DNA from: Octopus sinensis
Lineage: Eukaryota
Direction of reading: 5' to 3'
DNA: 11,713 nucleotides
Assembly (NCBI RefSeq): GCF_006345805.1
Contig: NW_021826869.1
Coordinates: 1-11,713, forward strand
Below, one piece after another: positions 7,652 to 11,713 of this stretch (position 1 is its first letter; every line of letters starts with the position of its first letter). A program made the translations under genes and the position numbers. The notes under the pieces are model-generated. The model ran no database searches and was not told the origin of the DNA. It saw only the letters and a list, made by a program, of their open reading frames with translations.

Positions 7652-7863
7652 TTTAGCTACAGTGGAAGACATTTTTGTCCAAAATGCTTTACTCTTGAAA
7701 GGCACTGTTATTACGGTCAGGTCCAGCCAATTGTCTGCCAGGTCAGACGATGCAGCCAGTGGGATGTTAACAACCCTTGCAAGAAATGATGACTAAGATC
7801 GGAAGTTCTGAGCATTGATTAAAAGAGCAACTCATCTGACTGTCAAATATGAACGATTTCCAG

Positions 7864-8226
7864 TTTCTTTTATTTCTTCTATTCTTTTACTTGTTTCAGT
7901 CATTTTGACTGCGGCCATACTGGAGCACCACCTTTAGTCAAGCAAATCGACCCCAGTACATATTTTTTGTAAGCCTAGTACTTATTCTATCGGTCTCTTT
8001 ACTGAACCGCTAAGTTACAGGGATGTAAACACACCAGCATCAGTTGTCAAGCGATGTTAGGGACGGACACACACACACACATAAGACAGGCTTCTTTCAG
8101 TCTCTGTCTACCAAACCCACTCACAAGGCTTTGGTCAGCCTGAGACTATAGCAGAAGACGCTTGCCCAAGGTGCTACACAGTGGGACTGAACCCAGAACC
8201 ATGTGGTTGGTAAACACTCCTGCGCC
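7864..8226 (-). mobile_element. Composite tRNA-derived SINE (family 1 head + (CA)n + 3' module + A-rich tail)
   Basis: 8090-8210 aligns to 280-403. 3' module 7886-8060 aligns to 9371-9480 (GACCCCAGTACA exact at 7949 and 9437). (AAAGAAT)-like tail on the minus strand at 7864-7890. Confidence 0.9.
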
Positions 8227-8364
8227 CTTTGGGGAAATTTACCAGAAATACTTAGCATCTAAATGTGTCTTGGGGACATTGGTAGTTCGAGATAAAATGA
8301 TTGTACGCAAAGATTGAATGAAAAAGCCCACAAGATTTGCTAAGCAAACTTTGTAACCATTCAG

Positions 8365-8835
8365 AGTCGCTCTTCTGTATGTTGACCAAGTGTTTTTGGG
8401 TGTTTAGTGGATCGTCCCAGCGTAACAGGAACAGACATCAAGGTCTGGTCGGGTCGGTGTTGGCACAAATGAGACCAGAATTAGTAAACCGTATAGACGC
8501 ATCGCATCGTAGTGTGGTCATGAGATGAAGTAGAGACTGACATTTGAGGAGCTCGCGTGGTGGTGGTGGTGGTGGTGGTGGTGGTGGTGGTGGTGTTGGT
8601 GTTGGTGGTGGTGGTGTTGGTGGTGGTGGTGGTGGTGGTGGTGGGGGTTGGCTGTGCAGAGCTTTCATCGTTGTCATCAGAGGATGGAGAACGAGACGAT
8701 GACGATGACGGTAATGATATCCGAAGATATCAATTGGAAACAGTAAATTGAAGAAAACGTATGGTTGTGACATTTGAGTGGGGAGCAAGAGGAGCGTGCG
8801 GCGTGGGGGGGGGACCTTTTGTGCCATTGTCATCG
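8365..8835. other. CpG-enriched unique segment split by a (GGT)n tract; possible exon, UTR or regulatory DNA
   Basis: About 11 CpGs in 8365-8557 and about 11 in 8660-8835. No recognisable domain in any frame. Confidence 0.3.
8557..8646 (+). repeat. (GGT)n microsatellite with GTT interruptions
   Basis: Read directly. Confidence 0.97.
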
Positions 8836-8927
8836 AAGGAAGATAAAACTGTTGGATATCTGAGGATATTGTGTAATATCACAGGTGGTCAAACAGACGA
8901 TATTCAATAGGACCATGCCACATATAA

Positions 8928-8928
<1 letters not shown>

Positions 8929-8960
<32 letters not shown>
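8929..8960 (+). repeat. (CA)n microsatellite
   Basis: Read directly. Confidence 0.97.
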
Positions 8961-8962
<2 letters not shown>

Positions 8963-9029
8963 CATATATCCAAGCCCTCATTTAATGACATGCCAATGTC
9001 AACCCCCACATCTTTTACCCTTCTCATAA

Positions 9030-9115
9030 GAAGCTCTCTTCCCCCCCTCTCTTTCTCAATATATCCCCTTTATTTTCTCTCTTTCCAATTTTCAATATAT
9101 CTCTTTTGACTCTCT

Positions 9116-9150
<35 letters not shown>

Positions 9151-10322
9151 ATATCTCTTTTTACCCTCTCCCTCATTTTACCTTTTTTTGACTCTTTCTC
9201 TGCTTGCCTCCCCCTCTCTCTCTCTCTCTCTCTCTCTCGTATATCTCTTTCTTACGCCCTCTCTCCCTCCCCCTCTCTCTCACTCTCACTATATCTCTTT
9301 CTTACGCCCTCTCTCCCTCCCCCTCACTATCTCTTAACCAAATTGCTATTTCACTTGTTCTTTTTCCTAGTACTTTCGGTCATTGGACCCTGGCCATTCT
9401 GGGGCACCTCACTCAAGGGTTCCAATTGATCGTTTTGACCCCAGTACACATCTCTATCTGATACTTTTATTTTATTGATCTCACACACTTCTTATTTTAT
9501 CTGCCTCTCCCTCCCACTCCCCCTCCCTCCCCCCTCACTTTCTCTCTGCTTTCACACAACCTATTCATTGATCTCTCTCTCTCTCTCTCTACTTCTATTC
9601 TACCCCTTCTTCACACTCACTCTCTCTCTCCCTATCCCTCCTTTAGTTTAATGTATTAATCAATGCCCCCCCTCCACCCCCTCTCTCTCTGTTAGTATTA
9701 CTTACCTCTTCCTCCTCATCCTCCATCTCCTCCTCCTCACTGTTCCATCTAACAAACTCTCTCCCTCTGCTCATTTTAATTATCTCCCTCCTCTCCACCA
9801 CCACCACCGCTCTAATCTATAATAATCTATATAACCTCCCTCTCCTCTCTTACTGCCTTTCTAATACTCACTTTCTCTCTCTCTCTCTTTCTTACATCTC
9901 CTCCTCCTCTCTCTCTCTCTCTGTCTCTGTCTCTCACAACCTCCATTCCTTCATGTGTATATACATGTGTATGTGTGTGTGTATGTGTGTATGTATATGT
10001 GTGTGTGTGTGTGTATGTGTATGTGTTTGTGTGTATTCTTTGTCTTTTCTGCTGCTTGCTTAACATCCTTCCTTCCTTCCTCCCCCTCCCCCCTCCCCCT
10101 CCCCCTCCTCCCCCCTCCCTCTATTTTCAAATTATTCCTCCCTTTCTCACTCACTCTCACTCTCCCTTCCCCTCTCTCTCACTCTCACTGAATCCCTCCC
10201 CTTCCCTTTCATCATTTGTGAAACAGGAGAGAGAGAAAGAGAGAGAAAGAGAGGAAGGGAAAGGAAAATATAGGTTTTTTTCTTTTTTTTTTTAACAACC
10301 CCAATTTCTCTCTCTTTCTCCT

Positions 10323-10361
<39 letters not shown>

Positions 10362-10400
10362 CACACCTTTTATTTTGTTCCTCTCTAACACCTGGCTCTC
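9030..10400 (+). repeat. CT-rich low-complexity domain containing (TG)n at about 9952-10035, (AG)n at about 10228-10250 and (ATCT)n at about 10345-10360
   Basis: Read directly. Confidence 0.93.
9371..9480 (-). mobile_element. Old fragment of the family 1 SINE 3' module
   Basis: TTTCGGTCATTGGACCCTGGCCATTCTGGGGCACC aligns to TTTCAGTCATTTTGACTGCGGCCATACTGGAGCACC (7894-7929). GACCCCAGTACA is shared. Confidence 0.75.
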
Positions 10401-10443
10401 TCTCTCTCATAATATTCTTATCTTCCTCATAGCCCCCCCCCAG

Positions 10444-10450
10444 TATATAT

Positions 10451-10523
<73 letters not shown>

Positions 10524-10575
10524 TATGTATGTATATAATGTGTATATATATATATATATATACATTATATATATT
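10444..10575. repeat. (TA)n/(CA)n compound microsatellite
   Basis: Read directly. Confidence 0.96.
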
Positions 10576-10810
10576 TATTAATGTAATTTCTTCTCTCTTT
10601 TTTTTCTTCTTTACTGTTTACTCATTCCTTCCTTATTTCTCCTTTTTATTTTCCTTCAAATTATCTTTTTTTTTTTCCCCCTCATTTATTCTATTCTGTT
10701 ATTTTATACATTAAATATATTTATATATATATATATATATATATTTTATATTTTATTCTCTGAAAAAATCTTCCAGGATTTTGTTGTTGTTGTTTTTATT
10801 TCTCTTCTCC

Positions 10811-11068
10811 ACAACAACAACAACAATAATAATGATAATGATAATAATAATAATGATAATAATAATAATAATGATAATGATAATAATAATAATAATGATA
10901 ATAATAAAATAATAGTAATAATATGATATAATAATTAATAATGATAATAATAATAATAATGATAATAATAATAATAATGATAATAATAATAGTAATAGTA
11001 ATAATAATAATGATAATAATAATAATAATAATAATAATGATAATAATAATAATAATGATAATAATAAT
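10811..11068 (+). repeat. (AAC)n-(AAT)n triplet microsatellite, about 255 bp, with GAT/AGT variants
   Basis: Read directly; source of the poly-Ile ORFs. Confidence 0.98.
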
Positions 11069-11164
11069 GTCCATAACTTTTTTGTGTGCTTTTTTACTGG
11101 TTTTCTCTCTTCAATTATTTTTTCCTCTCTGTTCTTTCTTCCGCGTTTCTTTATAATAATAATA

Positions 11165-11383
11165 ATTAATAATTTTCTCTGTCTCTCCTCTCTTTCTCTC
11201 TCTCCCTCTCTCTCTCTCTCCATTATTTCTTCTTTTCTCAATCACACTTCTCATTAAATCTCTCTTAAGTTTTCTTTTACTCCCCTTCTCTCTTTCTCAC
11301 CCTCTCTCTCTCTCTCTCAATTACTACATCTCTCTTTTCCTTGTTAACTATCTCTTAACCCCTTATCTATCTATCTATCTATC

Positions 11384-11414
<31 letters not shown>

Positions 11415-11530
11415 ATTTGTCTGACTGTCTGTTTCCTTCTCTGCTTTGTCTATATAACTTTATCTTTTTCTCAATTGCTTTATTTTCTGTTCTTGCTCTC
11501 TGTTCTCCTCTCTCTCTCTCTCTCTCGCTC

Positions 11531-11570
<40 letters not shown>

Positions 11571-11713
11571 TATATACACACACAATATAATTTTCTTCTT
11601 GCTTATACAAAGCTGTTGTTTTCATCTCTCCTTTCTCCATCTTCCTACTTCTCTCTCTCTCTTCACCCCCTCCTCTAGTTTATGTATATGTCTCTCTTCC
11701 TTACCTCTCCCCC
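11165..11713 (+). repeat. CT-rich tract with (ATCT)n at about 11365-11412 and (TA)n at about 11531-11575
   Basis: Read directly. Confidence 0.94.

Noticed and set aside
8300-8440. Minus-frame LRWDDPL/DSEW resembling Cys-loop receptor motifs
   Set aside because: Motif spacing is wrong, there is no Cys-loop, and no splice acceptor supports it.
8438-8833. 131-aa proline-rich ORF
   Set aside because: Length is inflated by the (ACC)n tract; flanks show no domain similarity.
10753-11241. 162-aa and other poly-Ile/Leu ORFs resembling membrane proteins
   Set aside because: (AAT)n microsatellite translation.

Overview
Eukaryotic, repeat-dense, apparently non-coding DNA. The microsatellite load and SINE/MITE sequences match my recollection of Octopus/coleoid cephalopod repeats; the taxon is an inference, not database-confirmed. 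No credible protein-coding gene: the listed ORFs are almost all read-throughs of (TA)n, (CA)n, (CT)n, (GGT)n or (AAT)n tracts. The window holds five tRNA-derived SINE copies plus one SINE 3' fragment, and two copies of a ~220-bp element with a simple-repeat tail. That element's 3' end also forms an A-B-B-A-B higher-order tandem array (2396-2902) that superficially mimics a CRISPR array. Also present: a ~39-bp minisatellite, a piggyBac-type (TTAA) MITE nested in another, and long CT-rich and triplet tracts. The most interesting unique DNA is a 21-bp-stem hairpin at 6401-6448 in a cluster of homeodomain and nuclear-receptor motifs, plus two CpG-rich islands (about 4657-4875 and 8365-8835) that could be exons or regulatory elements. 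I found no convincing evidence of a new multi-component biological system.
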